From Pseudomonadota bacterium (GTDB lineage: Bacteria; Desulfobacterota; Binatia; Binatales; Binataceae): DNA of 64,000 nt. Both the position numbers and the translations under genes were made by a program. Below are positions 40,586-51,008 of the stretch, in pieces (the first letter of the stretch is position 1; each line of letters begins with the position of its first letter). The DNA is taken from the NCBI GenBank assembly GCA_021324855.1, contig JAJPIG010000022.1, positions 185,777-249,776 on the forward strand, given 5' to 3'. The notes under the pieces were generated by a model. The model searched no databases and was not told the origin of the DNA. It saw only the letters and a list, made by a program, of their open reading frames with translations.

Positions 40586-42178
40586 TCAGCTCGCCAGGTT
40601 GAATTCGTTCAAAACCAACACGGTCAGAAAGGGCAACTCGCTGGTATGGTCGATCGGTCCCACGCTGGCAATGCCCTGCGCGAGGAAATCGTTATTATCA
40701 ACCAGGTCTTCCTTGTAAGGACCGTTTGGCCGATGGTCGGTGAAGTACTTGTAGGCGATATCAGAGTTTACACGCGTCACGACTGAGTCCTGCATCAACG
40801 AGACCAGGATTACGGGAAATCTCGGGACGAACAAATACGTATCGGCTCTGACGATCTGCCGATAGAGCGGGTTGCTCATGTCATGTTGCATCAATGCTGC
40901 GGCGTATGTCGCCGTGAGCAGCGGAGTAATCGCGTTATTGTCGGTGCTCCAGCCGGTCAATGTCGCGAGTGCGTAAGTCAGCGTGAGGACGACTGGGTCG
41001 TATTGCGGGGTCTGCGGAGCGGTGAAGTAGAGCCCATCGAGATTGCCGCTTGTGCCGCATTGAGTCGTGTTCGGCGGACAGTTATAGAAATCGCTCGCCA
41101 GGATGTCGGTTGGGGCGATACCGGAATAGTTCGCGAAGCTCAGCGCCAGGTAAGCGCTGAGATAGGGCTTGCTGAGCGCCGAGACCGTTGGATCGAGCGA
41201 ATACCACGGGTTGTCAGTCGATGAGATGTTGTAGAAGAGGTATGGGAGGCCGGTGCTCGAGAGGTCGAAGAATCCGGACATCGGCGCGACCGCTCCGAAC
41301 TTGACGTCCAAAACCGAAGCATAGCGCGGATTCTTCTGCATCAGGTGCGCCGCTTCGAGCGCGTATGCACCGCCTTCAGAATAGCCGGTTATGAACAAAC
41401 GGAATTTGCGTCTTATGTGATCGGCGCTCTTTAAGTAGGAAAGCGCCGCCTTGAGCATCGCAAGTCCGCTCTGCGCGTTTACGCGCGGGTACGCAACGTA
41501 CGGATGAACGTGCGTAGTATCGTCGCCGAGGCCAATGTAGTCAGGCATCACGACGATATATCCCTGCGAGGCCCATATCGCAGCCATCAGGATGCCGTCG
41601 GTGTAGCTTGAGATGTTGCTGGTCGGGGTGAAGTTCGACGGCACATTGCTGCGCTGCACCGTGGTGCCATGAAAATAGAGAATGATTCCCTTGAGCGAGC
41701 CGGCTGCAACCTCGGGCACATCTATACCGCCGGAAACCTGCACGGTTTTGCTATCGACGTTGATCGCGTTGTAATCGATCTTGACGGCATCAACGGTCCG
41801 GATGCCCAACGGATTGTTGCCGATTGGATCGTTGGATAGGTTAAAATTGCCGAATTCCGGCGTATTGAGGTCGGCAACGTTGGTGGCGCAATCCTGTTGA
41901 TTGAGCCCGTTGCAAATCAGCTGGCTGTAGAAGCTATCGAGCCCCGGCGCCGATGCAGTGCCAACCGCGTCGACGGTGCTTGTCGAATAGGTCATCACCG
42001 TTTGATCGCTGATCAGTTTTCCTTCGCCCTTCGCGAACGGCGCCGGATAGTTCGTTCCGGTGGAACCAGACGAACCGCCGCCGCACGCGGCGATTCCCGC
42101 CATCAGCCCGAACAACAGTATCGCCCGGACAGCAGCGTCAGCATCACTCCGCCACCTCCAGAATCGCTCCAGCCTCAT
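40586..42178 (-). CDS. Secreted lipoprotein lipase/esterase (alpha/beta hydrolase, secretory-lipase-like)
   Basis: Start MRLERFW...ILLFGLMAGIAAC (lipobox). Nucleophile elbow GYSEGG. About 530 aa. Lower GC than neighbours (about 53-55% in two hand-counted 60-nt samples). Confidence 0.7.
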   Translation of the reverse strand: MRLERFWRWRSDADAAVRAILLFGLMAGIAACGGGSSGSTGTNYPAPFAKGEGKLISDQTVMTYSTSTVDAVGTASAPGLDSFYSQLICNGLNQQDCATNVADLNTPEFGNFNLSNDPIGNNPLGIRTVDAVKIDYNAINVDSKTVQVSGGIDVPEVAAGSLKGIILYFHGTTVQRSNVPSNFTPTSNISSYTDGILMAAIWASQGYIVVMPDYIGLGDDTTHVHPYVAYPRVNAQSGLAMLKAALSYLKSADHIRRKFRLFITGYSEGGAYALEAAHLMQKNPRYASVLDVKFGAVAPMSGFFDLSSTGLPYLFYNISSTDNPWYSLDPTVSALSKPYLSAYLALSFANYSGIAPTDILASDFYNCPPNTTQCGTSGNLDGLYFTAPQTPQYDPVVLTLTYALATLTGWSTDNNAITPLLTATYAAALMQHDMSNPLYRQIVRADTYLFVPRFPVILVSLMQDSVVTRVNSDIAYKYFTDHRPNGPYKEDLVDNNDFLAQGIASVGPIDHTSELPFLTVLVLNEFNLAS

Positions 42179-42358
42179 CTTGATCTCCCCGCTTTTATGC
42201 TGCGGAATAAGCTGCATGCGCCTGTGCCATTGCTCGCCACCACCGGTGCGCCCAACGGCGGCGTGAAGTGTTACGCGCCCATGATACAGATTCGCGTGCA
42301 AAACGGAATTATTGCTCGCGAACAAAAAGAATAACTCGTCAGCGCAATCGAACACACA

Positions 42359-43362
42359 TGCTTATCCTCGGAATCGAATCCTCATGCGATGACGCCGCGT
42401 GCGCGGTAATCGAAACCGCCGAACCCGGCAACGTGAGCGTGCGCGCCAGCGTGGTCGCCAACCAGGATGAAATTCATCGACGCTACGGCGGCGTGGTTCC
42501 GGAGCTCGCCTCGCGCAATCATCTGATAACGATTCTGCCGGTCATCGAGGATGCGCTCGGGGCCGCGGGATGCGGTCTGGGCGACATCCACGGAATCGCG
42601 GTGACGCGTGGGCCGGGACTGGTCGGCTCGCTGCTGGTCGGTCTGATGTGCGCGAAGGGACTCGCGCAGGCGCTGAATCTCCCAATGGTCGGCGTGAATC
42701 ATCTCGAGGGCCATCTGCTCGCGCCGCTGCTCGAGCATCGAATCACGATGCCCTACCTGGCGCTGGTGGTCTCGGGCGGCCATACCGCGCTTTTCGTCGT
42801 TGAAGACTTCGGCAAGTACCGCGAGCTGGGACGCACGCGCGATGACGCGGCCGGCGAGGCATTCGACAAGGTCGCGAAGCTGATGGGCCTTGGCTATCCG
42901 GGCGGGCGCGTAATCGACGAGCTTTCGAGGCGCGGCGATGCGCGGCGCATTCGTCTGCCGCGGGCGCGGCTTCGCGGCGCACCGCTCGACTTCAGCTTCA
43001 GCGGCATCAAGACGGCGATCGCGACGTTTCTTGCGAGCCCCGATTCCGGCGGCGTCGCGTCGGAGGATTTGGCCGCGAGCTTCCAGGAAGCGGTGGTCGA
43101 CATGCTGATCCGGCCGACGCTCGCCGCGGCGCGCAATCTCGCGACCGAGACGATCGTCATTACGGGCGGCGTCGCCGCAAACTCGCGACTGCGCGTGAAG
43201 CTCACCGAGGCCGCCGCGAACGAAGGGCTGCGCGTGCTGGCGCCGGCGTTCAAGTTCTGCACCGACAACGCCGCGATGATCGCGCTCGCCGGCAGCTATC
43301 GTCTGCTGCGCGGCGAACGCGACGCCCTCGACCTCGACGCCGAGGCAAATCTCGCGCTTTGA
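42359..43362 (+). CDS. tsaD: tRNA N6-adenosine threonylcarbamoyltransferase
   Basis: MLILGIESSCDDAACAV, metal-binding VNHLEGH, Kae1/YgjD family. Confidence 0.92.
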
Positions 43363-44237
43363 GCAGGCGTCGGCACGCCGTGGTGGACCGTTCGGCCGCC
43401 CGTCCGGCGGCAGCGTTGGCCGCGGCGGGTGTGCACCCGGCGAAATCTCGCGGGCAGAACTTCCTGGTTCAGCCGCGGATCGCGGATCGGATCGTCGCTG
43501 CCGCCGGAATTGCGCCCTCCGACGAAGTAATCGAAATCGGTCCCGGTCTCGGAATTTTGAGCGAGCGTATCTCGCGCGCCGCGATGCGGCGCTTCACGAT
43601 GGTCGAGCTGGATCGGAATCTCGCTGCTGCGCTGGCCTCGCGTTTCGAAGCCGACCCGCGCATCCGCGTTCTTTGCGCCGATTTTCTCACCCTCGATCTG
43701 GCCGTGATCGTCGAGCGCCCGCCGGTTAAGATCATCGGCAATCTTCCGTTCAACGCGGCGGCCGCGATCCTGCGCCGCCTCTGCGATTTTCGTCCGCTCG
43801 TTGCGCGGATGGTTTTGATGTTCCAGCGCGAGGTGGGCGAGCGCATCCGCGCGCTCCGCGGCACATCCGAACGCTCGGCGCTGAGTGTGTTCACCGCGCT
43901 CTACTGGGAAATCGAGGACCATTTTCGAGTGCTCGCCGGCAGCTTTCATCCGCGGCCCAAAATCGACAGTGAGGTGATCATCTTTCGCCCGCGAGCCGCG
44001 ATGCTGCTCGAGCGATCCGAAGAACGCGCGGTGCTCGAAATCGTCCGCGCCGCCTTCTCCGCACCGCGGAAATCAATTCGCAATCCGCTCGCGCGCCGAT
44101 TTGGCCTGCCTCCTGCCGCCGTCGCCGCGGCGCTTGAATCGATCGGGCTCAATCCTGCGGCACGCGCCGCCGAATTTGAGGTCGAGCAATTTGTTGCGAT
44201 CACGCGCGCTCTTGTCGCGTGCGGCGTCAAGCCTTAG
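43359..44237 (+). CDS. rsmA: 16S rRNA (adenine1518/1519-N6)-dimethyltransferase
   Basis: SRGQNFLV and IEIGPGLGILS motifs of KsgA. Confidence 0.9.
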   Translation: MSRRRHAVVDRSAARPAAALAAAGVHPAKSRGQNFLVQPRIADRIVAAAGIAPSDEVIEIGPGLGILSERISRAAMRRFTMVELDRNLAAALASRFEADPRIRVLCADFLTLDLAVIVERPPVKIIGNLPFNAAAAILRRLCDFRPLVARMVLMFQREVGERIRALRGTSERSALSVFTALYWEIEDHFRVLAGSFHPRPKIDSEVIIFRPRAAMLLERSEERAVLEIVRAAFSAPRKSIRNPLARRFGLPPAAVAAALESIGLNPAARAAEFEVEQFVAITRALVACGVKP

Positions 44238-44253
44238 GCTGCTTTAGCTCGCG

Positions 44254-45087
44254 ATGCCTGAACTGCCCGAGGTCGAATCGCTCAAAAACTCGCTCGCCCC
44301 CATCCTCGTCGGGCGGACGATTGTCCGCGTCGTCGTCGTCGAGCCCCGACTGCGGCGCCGGATGGCGCGCGATTTCGCCGCGCGCGTCGCGGGCCGGCGC
44401 ATCGAACGGATCGAACGGCGCGCCAAGTACCTGCTGATCGCGCTCGCCGGCGGCGATATCCTGATGATCCATCTCGGCATGAGCGGCAGCCTGACTTATC
44501 GCGATCGGAATTCCCACAGCGGCGCAATCGATCGCGACCCCGCGCACGATCACGTCGTCTTCGAGCTCGACGATGGAAGCCGCGTGGTGTTCAACGATCC
44601 GCGCCGCTTCGGCCTGATGAAAATCGTGCCTCAAGCAAAGCTTGAGACGGTTGCGGAGCTCAAGGGACTCGGCCCGGAACCGATGGGCTCCGGGTTCAAC
44701 ACCGACTACCTGCGCGCTAAAGCGCGCGGCCGGCGCGTCGCGATCAAGAACCTGCTGATGGACCAGCGGATCGTCGCGGGCATCGGCAATATTTACGCCT
44801 CCGAGATCCTGTTCCGCGCCGGGGTGCGGCCGACGCGCCGCGCCGGCCGGCTCGCGCGCGCCGAAATCGAGCGCATCGTGCGCTTTACGCCTGAGGTCCT
44901 GCGCGAAGCGATTGGCGTCGGCGGCACCACCTTCAACGACTATATGGATGGGCGCGGACGCGAAGGCGCGTTCCGGCCGCAGGTCTACGATCGTGCCGGC
45001 GAGCCGTGTCCGCGATGCGGCGTGACGCTGCGCCAAGTCATCGTCGGCCAGCGCTCGAGTTTCTTCTGTCCCGCGTGTCAGAAATGA
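44254..45087 (+). CDS. mutM: Formamidopyrimidine-DNA glycosylase
   Basis: MPELPEVE N-terminus with catalytic Pro2/Glu3. C-terminal zinc finger CPRCG...CPACQK. Confidence 0.93.
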   Translation: MPELPEVESLKNSLAPILVGRTIVRVVVVEPRLRRRMARDFAARVAGRRIERIERRAKYLLIALAGGDILMIHLGMSGSLTYRDRNSHSGAIDRDPAHDHVVFELDDGSRVVFNDPRRFGLMKIVPQAKLETVAELKGLGPEPMGSGFNTDYLRAKARGRRVAIKNLLMDQRIVAGIGNIYASEILFRAGVRPTRRAGRLARAEIERIVRFTPEVLREAIGVGGTTFNDYMDGRGREGAFRPQVYDRAGEPCPRCGVTLRQVIVGQRSSFFCPACQK

Positions 45088-45121
45088 TCTCGCTCGAATT
45101 TTCGCGATCAGGAATCCCGCG

Positions 45122-45661
45122 ATGAGATGCCCGCAATGCGGCGCCGAGGCGGCGCAAGGCGCGGCGTTCTGTTCGCGATGCGGCGCGCGCCTGATCGCGG
45201 CGCGGCCGGCTGCCGTGCGCGAGTTCGCACTGCTGCGCGTATGGCCGTCGTGGTGGGAATTCGCCCGCCCGATCATCCTCGGCGTCGCCGTAATTATCGG
45301 CGGTATCTACGTGCTGTTCTTTCGTCAGCCCGATTGGCCACTGGTTCCGATCCTGTGGATCGCCGGATTTCTCCTGCTCGTCGGGACCGCCGTCTCGCGC
45401 CGCAGGATAAGCTGGAGCCTTACCTCGGAGCGCCTGATTGAACGGACCGGGCTCCTTGCGAGCCGCGAACGGCATATGGAGCTGGCCGATATCCGCTCGG
45501 TCGAAATCGACCAGCGCGCAGGGCAGAAGCTTCTCGGACTGGGCGATGTAATCGTCGCCTCGGCCGCCAGCGCGGAGTTTTCGATTCGGCTCACCGGCGT
45601 TCACGATCCGCATGCGATTGCCGAAAAGATCCGCCAGGCGCGCCTCAAGCGCCTCGCCTGA
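45122..45661 (+). CDS. Zinc-ribbon plus bacterial PH-domain (bPH_2/YdbT-like) membrane protein
   Basis: CPQCGAEAAQGAAFCSRCGARL zinc ribbon, two TM helices, then a PH-like domain (ERLIERTGLLASRERHMELADIRSVEIDQRAGQKLLGLGDVIV). Confidence 0.6.
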   Translation: MRCPQCGAEAAQGAAFCSRCGARLIAARPAAVREFALLRVWPSWWEFARPIILGVAVIIGGIYVLFFRQPDWPLVPILWIAGFLLLVGTAVSRRRISWSLTSERLIERTGLLASRERHMELADIRSVEIDQRAGQKLLGLGDVIVASAASAEFSIRLTGVHDPHAIAEKIRQARLKRLA

Positions 45662-45724
45662 TGGGCAATGGCACGGCGCGCGCCGGCTCGTTAAGCTCGT
45701 CGCCACGGCGGAGGTGAGGGGTCG

Positions 45725-46558
45725 ATGGTCGACATACCGCGCGGATTGATGGCGCTGCTCGCGTTTATCTTCGGCGCCTCGGTCGGAAGCTTCGTCAATG
45801 TCGTCGCGTATCGGCTGCCGCGCGACATCTCGATCGTGCGGCCGGGCTCGTTCTGCCCGCGCTGCGAGCGCCCGATCCCATGGTGGGCCAACGTTCCGAT
45901 CCTCGCCTACATCTTTCTGCGCGGGCGATGCCTGATGTGCGGCGGGACGATTCCGTTCCGCTATTTTCTCTCTGAGCTCGCGCTGGCCAGCGCCGCCGCC
46001 TACCTCTATCTCCATTTCACGCTGCCCGACGCGATCGCGCGCTTCGTCTTCTGCTCGGCGCTGTTTATCATCGCCATTATCGACTACGACTGGCGTCTGA
46101 TCCCGAATCTCATCACGTTCCCCGGCATGCCAATCGGCTTCGCCTTCGCCGCGCTCGCGATGCCCGAGATCGGATGGAAGCGCTCGCTGCTCGGAATCGC
46201 GCTGGGCGGCGGCGCGCTGTTCGTGACCGGCGAGGCCTATCGCCTGTTGCGCGGACGCGAAGGCGTCGGAATGGGTGACGTGTTTCTGCTCGGCATGACG
46301 GGGGCGTTCCTCGGCTGGATCGGCGTCCTGTTCACGCTTTTCTTCGGCTCGATTCTCGGCACGATCGGCGGGCTCGCAGTCGCGCTCGCCGGCGGAGCGC
46401 CGCCCCCGCCGATTGCCGATCCCGCCACCGAACCGGCGGCCGAGCAGGACGCATCGATCCTGCGCACCGAAGTTCCGTTCGGTCCGTTTCTCTCGCTCGC
46501 CGCCGGATTTTATGCGCTCTTTCAGCCCGCGCTCGTGCATTGGTATCTTTCCCGCTGA
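45725..46558 (+). CDS. pilD: Prepilin (type IV leader) peptidase, A24 family
   Basis: Tetracysteine CPRCERPI...CLMCGG, polytopic membrane, catalytic Asp-containing IIDYDWR and GMGDV motifs. Confidence 0.85.
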   Translation: MVDIPRGLMALLAFIFGASVGSFVNVVAYRLPRDISIVRPGSFCPRCERPIPWWANVPILAYIFLRGRCLMCGGTIPFRYFLSELALASAAAYLYLHFTLPDAIARFVFCSALFIIAIIDYDWRLIPNLITFPGMPIGFAFAALAMPEIGWKRSLLGIALGGGALFVTGEAYRLLRGREGVGMGDVFLLGMTGAFLGWIGVLFTLFFGSILGTIGGLAVALAGGAPPPPIADPATEPAAEQDASILRTEVPFGPFLSLAAGFYALFQPALVHWYLSR

Positions 46559-47211
46559 TGGGTGCGGGAGTCTTCATTACGCTTGAAGGCGTCGAGGGAT
46601 CGGGCAAGACCACGCATGCGAAGATCCTCGCCGACGCGCTCCGCGCCGCCGGCCGCGACGTGATCATCACGCACGAGCCGGGCGGCACGCGCGCCGGCCA
46701 GGCGATCCGCGCGATTTTTCTCGATCCTGCCGTGTCGCTCGATCTCGCCGCCGAGCTTCTGCTGGTGCTCGCCGATCGCGCGCAGCATGTGCGCGAGAAA
46801 CTCAAGCCTGCGCTCGCCGCCGGAACGATCGTGATCTCCGATCGCTACGCGGACTCGACCGTTGCCTACCAGGGCTACGCCCGCGGCTTCGATCTTGACT
46901 TCCTGCGCGAGCTGAACCGGCTCGCAACCGACGGCATCATGCCCGATCTGACGATCGTGCTCGATTGCAGAGTGCCGACCGGCCTCGCGCGGATCAGCCA
47001 GCGGATGAGCGGCGCGTCGTCGCCCCGCCGGCCCGATCGCTTCGAAGGCGAGGACGCGGATTTCCATGCGCGCGTCCGCCAGGGCTTTCTCGAAATCGCG
47101 CGCGATGAACCCGGACGCGTGCGGGTAGTCGATTCCGAACAATCGCTGGAGCGCGTGAGCGCGGAGATTCGCCGGCTTGTCGATGAATTACTGGAGCGCC
47201 GATGCCCCTAG
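46558..47211 (+). CDS. tmk: Thymidylate kinase
   Basis: P-loop FITLEGVEGSGKTT, DRY-like DRYADST motif. ATG overlaps the pilD stop (TGATG). Confidence 0.92.
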   Translation: MGAGVFITLEGVEGSGKTTHAKILADALRAAGRDVIITHEPGGTRAGQAIRAIFLDPAVSLDLAAELLLVLADRAQHVREKLKPALAAGTIVISDRYADSTVAYQGYARGFDLDFLRELNRLATDGIMPDLTIVLDCRVPTGLARISQRMSGASSPRRPDRFEGEDADFHARVRQGFLEIARDEPGRVRVVDSEQSLERVSAEIRRLVDELLERRCP

Positions 47212-48272
47212 AAGGTCTCCGCGGCCATCGCGCGCTCTACGACCGTTTGCTGGCGGAGCTGCACAGCCGTCCGGCGCATGCCTATCTCTTCGCCGGCCCG
47301 GACGGTATCGGCAAGGCGTTGATCGCGGAGGCGCTGGCGCACAGCCTGCTCTGCGAGCGGACGCGCGGCGCCGGTTTTTGCTGCCGTCCCGATCGATGCC
47401 CGGCGCGCGAGGCGGCAGGCGCCGCGGCTGATGAGCGTCCGACGCGATGCGAATGCTGCGCGGGATGCGTGCAGGTCGCCGCGGGAGTGCATCCGGATTT
47501 CATTCGTATCGAACGCGCCGCGAAACGCACCGAAGTCTCGATCGAGCAGGTGCGCGGCCTGATCGCGCGGCTCGGAATTCGGCCGGCGCGCGCGCCGATG
47601 CGCGTCGCGATTATCGAGGACGGCGAGACGCTTAACCTCGCCGCCCAGAATGCGCTGCTGAAGACGCTCGAAGAGCCGCCCGGCTTCACGATTATCTTTC
47701 TCATCGCGCGCAGCGAACGCCCCCTACTCGACACGGTACGGTCGCGGCTGCGCCTCGTGCGCTTCGCTGCACTGTCGCCAGGCGACATCGCGGCGATCCT
47801 GATCGGACGGCTGAACCTCGAAGCGGAGCGCGCGCAAAGTATCGCGCGTCTCGCGCGCGGCAGCGCCGCTCATGGCTTCGCGCTGGTCGAGGGAAGCGCG
47901 CCGCCGACGGCCGCGCTGCTCGGCGCGCTCGATCGCGCGGCGACGATCGATTTCGCGGCCGCGCAGGCGCTGGCGCAGGAGTTTTTTGCGAATCGCAACG
48001 ACGCGCTCGAAAATTTCGAGCTGATCGCCCGGCTGTTCGAGGAAATGCTATGCTCCAAGCTGCTCGGCGCGCGCGATGAAGACGATTCCGGCGCCGCCGA
48101 AAGCATGCGCCTGATGAAACAAATTTCGGACCGCCTCGAACTCCCGGCGCTCCTGTCCGCGATGGAAGGTGCGGTGCGAGCCGCGACCGCCGTCGAAGCG
48201 ATGGCGAACCCGCGGCTTCAGGCCGAGAGCTGGTGGATGGAAGTCGCGCGGGCGGTGCGGGGAAAGACGTGA
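47202..48272 (+). CDS. holB: DNA polymerase III delta-prime subunit
   Basis: AAA+ clamp-loader fold HAYLFAGPDGIGK, Zn-module Cys residues (CERTRGAGFCCRPDRC), SRLR box TVRSRL. Conserved tmk-holB adjacency. Confidence 0.85.
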   Translation: MPLEGLRGHRALYDRLLAELHSRPAHAYLFAGPDGIGKALIAEALAHSLLCERTRGAGFCCRPDRCPAREAAGAAADERPTRCECCAGCVQVAAGVHPDFIRIERAAKRTEVSIEQVRGLIARLGIRPARAPMRVAIIEDGETLNLAAQNALLKTLEEPPGFTIIFLIARSERPLLDTVRSRLRLVRFAALSPGDIAAILIGRLNLEAERAQSIARLARGSAAHGFALVEGSAPPTAALLGALDRAATIDFAAAQALAQEFFANRNDALENFELIARLFEEMLCSKLLGARDEDDSGAAESMRLMKQISDRLELPALLSAMEGAVRAATAVEAMANPRLQAESWWMEVARAVRGKT

Positions 48273-49120
48273 ACCAGGACCGCGATCCTTTCGAGAGCGG
48301 CGGCGCGGAGTTGCCGAAAATCGTCGGCGTCAGCCTGCGGCCCGTCGGGCGGATCGAGAATTATCTCGCCGGCGGTCTCGCGCTCAGGCGCGGCGATCGC
48401 GTGCTGGTCGAGAGCGACGCCGGGATGCGCCTCGGCACGGTCGAGATCGAACCGCATGAGCCGGCTCGCACGCTCGATCTCGCCGCGATGCGCCGTGTGA
48501 TAAGACCGGCGACCGATGACGACTTTCGCACCGAATCCGACAACCTGACTCGCGAGGACTTCGCGCGCCGGCTCGGCGTCGAGAAGATTCGCGAGCGCGG
48601 CTTGGCGATGAAATTGGTCAACGTCGATTATTCCTTCGATGGCCGCAAGGCGACCTTCTATTTCACGGCCGAGGACCGGGTCGATTTTCGCAATCTCGTG
48701 CGCGATCTTGCCAACGTGCTGAACGTGCGAATCGAGATGAAACAGATCCGCGCGCGCGATGAAACCAAGGTCATCGGCGCGGTCGGACCCTGCGGACGCG
48801 AACTCTGCTGCTCGTCATGGCTGCGCGATTTCGAAGCGGTCACGGTCAAGATGGCGCGCGAACAGGGCCTCGCGCTTAACCCTTCGCGGCTGGCCGGGAT
48901 GTGCGGGCGGCTCAAGTGCTGCCTGCGCTACGAGTACGGCACTTACCTGGAGCTCAAGCGCAATCTGCCCGGAATCGGCAAGCGCGTCGAGTCGGTCAAG
49001 GGCGACGGCAAGGTGCTCCGCCAAAACGTCCTGAAGCAAAGCGTCACGCTCCAGCTCGAAGGTGAGGGTGGGATGGTCGAGGCAACCCTCGAAGACCTGG
49101 TCGCCAAACGCGCCGAGTGA
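48269..49120 (+). CDS. ricT: PSP1 domain protein (RicT/YaaT-like)
   Basis: PSP1 C-terminal domain with Cys-rich GPCGRELCCSSWL...MCGRLKCCLRYE. GTG start overlapping the holB stop. Conserved holB-ricT synteny. Confidence 0.75.
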   Translation: MNQDRDPFESGGAELPKIVGVSLRPVGRIENYLAGGLALRRGDRVLVESDAGMRLGTVEIEPHEPARTLDLAAMRRVIRPATDDDFRTESDNLTREDFARRLGVEKIRERGLAMKLVNVDYSFDGRKATFYFTAEDRVDFRNLVRDLANVLNVRIEMKQIRARDETKVIGAVGPCGRELCCSSWLRDFEAVTVKMAREQGLALNPSRLAGMCGRLKCCLRYEYGTYLELKRNLPGIGKRVESVKGDGKVLRQNVLKQSVTLQLEGEGGMVEATLEDLVAKRAE

Positions 49121-49164
49121 GCGCCCCACGGGAACTCGATCCGTTCAGATGACAGCGTCCATCG

Positions 49165-50724
49165 ATGGCTGACCCGATTCACATCACCACCGCGATCTTC
49201 TATTGCAACGGCACCCCGCACGTCGGCAGCGCTTACGAGGCGCTCGCGGCGGACGTCTTCGCGCGTCACCAGCGGCGCAAGCTCGGCGCCGATCGCGTGA
49301 GCTTCCTGAGCGGCACCGACGAGCATGGCGACAAGATTCGTCGCGCCGCGGCCGCCGAGGGTCTGGCGCCCAAGGCTTACACCGACAAGATGAGCGCGCT
49401 GTTCCGCGAGGCCTGGCAGGGGCTCAACGTCAGCGTCGATTACTTCGTCCGCACCACCGATCCCGAGCACGAGCAGTTCGTGCAGCAGATGCTGCTCGAG
49501 AGCAAACGGCGCGGCAATATCGACTTGCGCGATTACGAGGGCCTCTACTGCGTCGGCTGCGAACGCTTTTACACCGAAAAGGAACTGATCGACGGCCAGC
49601 GCTGCCCGACCCATAACACGCAGGTCGAGTTGATCAGCGAAAGCAATTATTTCCTCAAGATCGATCAGTACCGCGAGCAGGTCCGCAGGCATATTCTCGA
49701 CCATCCCGATTTCATTCGGCCCGAGCGCTACCGCAACGAGGCGCTCAACATGCTCGCCGAGCCAATTTCGGATCTCTGCATCTCGCGCCCCAAGTCGCGG
49801 CTCGAATGGGGGATCGAACTCCCGTTCGACGATCGCTACGTGACCTATGTCTGGTACGATGCGTTCTGGGCTTACGTCAGCGAGCCGGCGCGCCGGCTCG
49901 GCTTCGATCGCTTCAAGCGCGACATCTGGCCGCACACCCATCACTTCATCGGCAAGGACATCCTCAAGACCCACGTTGTTTATTGGCCGGCGATGCTGCT
50001 GGCGGCGGGCTTCGGCGCGGATCAGCTATTCAAGCATCTCAATGTCCACGGATGGCTGAATTTCGGCGGCGCGCGGATGTCGAAAAGCTCGGGCAACGTC
50101 CGCGATCCGGTGTCGTACGAGCGCGCCTTCGGGCCCGACGTCCTGCGCTACTTCGTGATGCGCGAGACGGTCTACGGTCTCGACGGCGATTTCTCCGAGG
50201 AGCGGCTGATCCAACGCTACAACGCTGACCTCGCCAACGATCTCGGGAATCTCGTGAGCCGGGTGCTCTCGATGGCGCAGCGGTACTTCGGCGGCGAGGT
50301 GACGGCGGAGCCGATGACGATCCGCGGCGCGGCGGAAGAACCGCTTCACACAGGCTTCACTGAGATGGCGCGCGAGGTGCGCGACCTGACGGAAGAACTT
50401 CAGTTCAATCGCGCGCTCGAACGGCTGTGGATGCGCCTCGATGTCGCGAACAAATACATCGTCGAGACTTCGCCGTTCACGCTGGCGAAGGATCCGGCGC
50501 AAAAAAATCGTGTCGCCGAGATTCTCGCCAATCTGCTCGAGTCATTGCGCGTCGTCGCCGACGTGCTCGAACCGTTCATGCCGGTGACGGCGCGGCGAAT
50601 CGCGGAGATGTTAAACGTCGATGATGAGCTACTCCGAAGGCCGTTCGGCGAGGGCCTCAAGCCGGGCCATCGCGTGAAGCCGCCCGTCGCGCTCTTCCCG
50701 CGCATCGAAAGGACTGGTGCGTGA
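49165..50724 (+). CDS. metG: Methionyl-tRNA synthetase (short form)
   Basis: Class I aaRS with HIGH-like PHVGSAYE and KMSKS-like RMSKSSGN. Single zinc knuckle CVGCERFY...CPTH. Anticodon-binding helical C-terminus. Confidence 0.9.
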   Translation: MADPIHITTAIFYCNGTPHVGSAYEALAADVFARHQRRKLGADRVSFLSGTDEHGDKIRRAAAAEGLAPKAYTDKMSALFREAWQGLNVSVDYFVRTTDPEHEQFVQQMLLESKRRGNIDLRDYEGLYCVGCERFYTEKELIDGQRCPTHNTQVELISESNYFLKIDQYREQVRRHILDHPDFIRPERYRNEALNMLAEPISDLCISRPKSRLEWGIELPFDDRYVTYVWYDAFWAYVSEPARRLGFDRFKRDIWPHTHHFIGKDILKTHVVYWPAMLLAAGFGADQLFKHLNVHGWLNFGGARMSKSSGNVRDPVSYERAFGPDVLRYFVMRETVYGLDGDFSEERLIQRYNADLANDLGNLVSRVLSMAQRYFGGEVTAEPMTIRGAAEEPLHTGFTEMAREVRDLTEELQFNRALERLWMRLDVANKYIVETSPFTLAKDPAQKNRVAEILANLLESLRVVADVLEPFMPVTARRIAEMLNVDDELLRRPFGEGLKPGHRVKPPVALFPRIERTGA

Positions 50725-50980
50725 GTCGGAGCGCGGAAAATTCACCCACGCAGGGAACAGGCATATATCGTGGCTATGCCGAGCCGGAGAGGGGTCGAGA
50801 TAGAGCCAGCCTCCTCGGACTCACTGCGGGTACCAATCAGTAATAGACGGAAAAATGATCGGTATAGATCGCTACGAACAGACGCTGGTCGTTCCGTCTC
50901 TGGGCTTGCACATACTCAAACTCGATTTGGCCTGACTTCCTCCGATTCGGCCGTGAAGAGGCCCAATCTCTTGGTTGAAG

Positions 50981-51008
50981 TCCCGTCCATCGCCACGGGA
51001 TTCTTTTA
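50981..51008 (+). terminator. Rho-independent terminator candidate 250 nt downstream of metG
   Basis: TCCCGT-ccatcgcc-ACGGGA followed by TTCTTTTATC. Confidence 0.35.
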
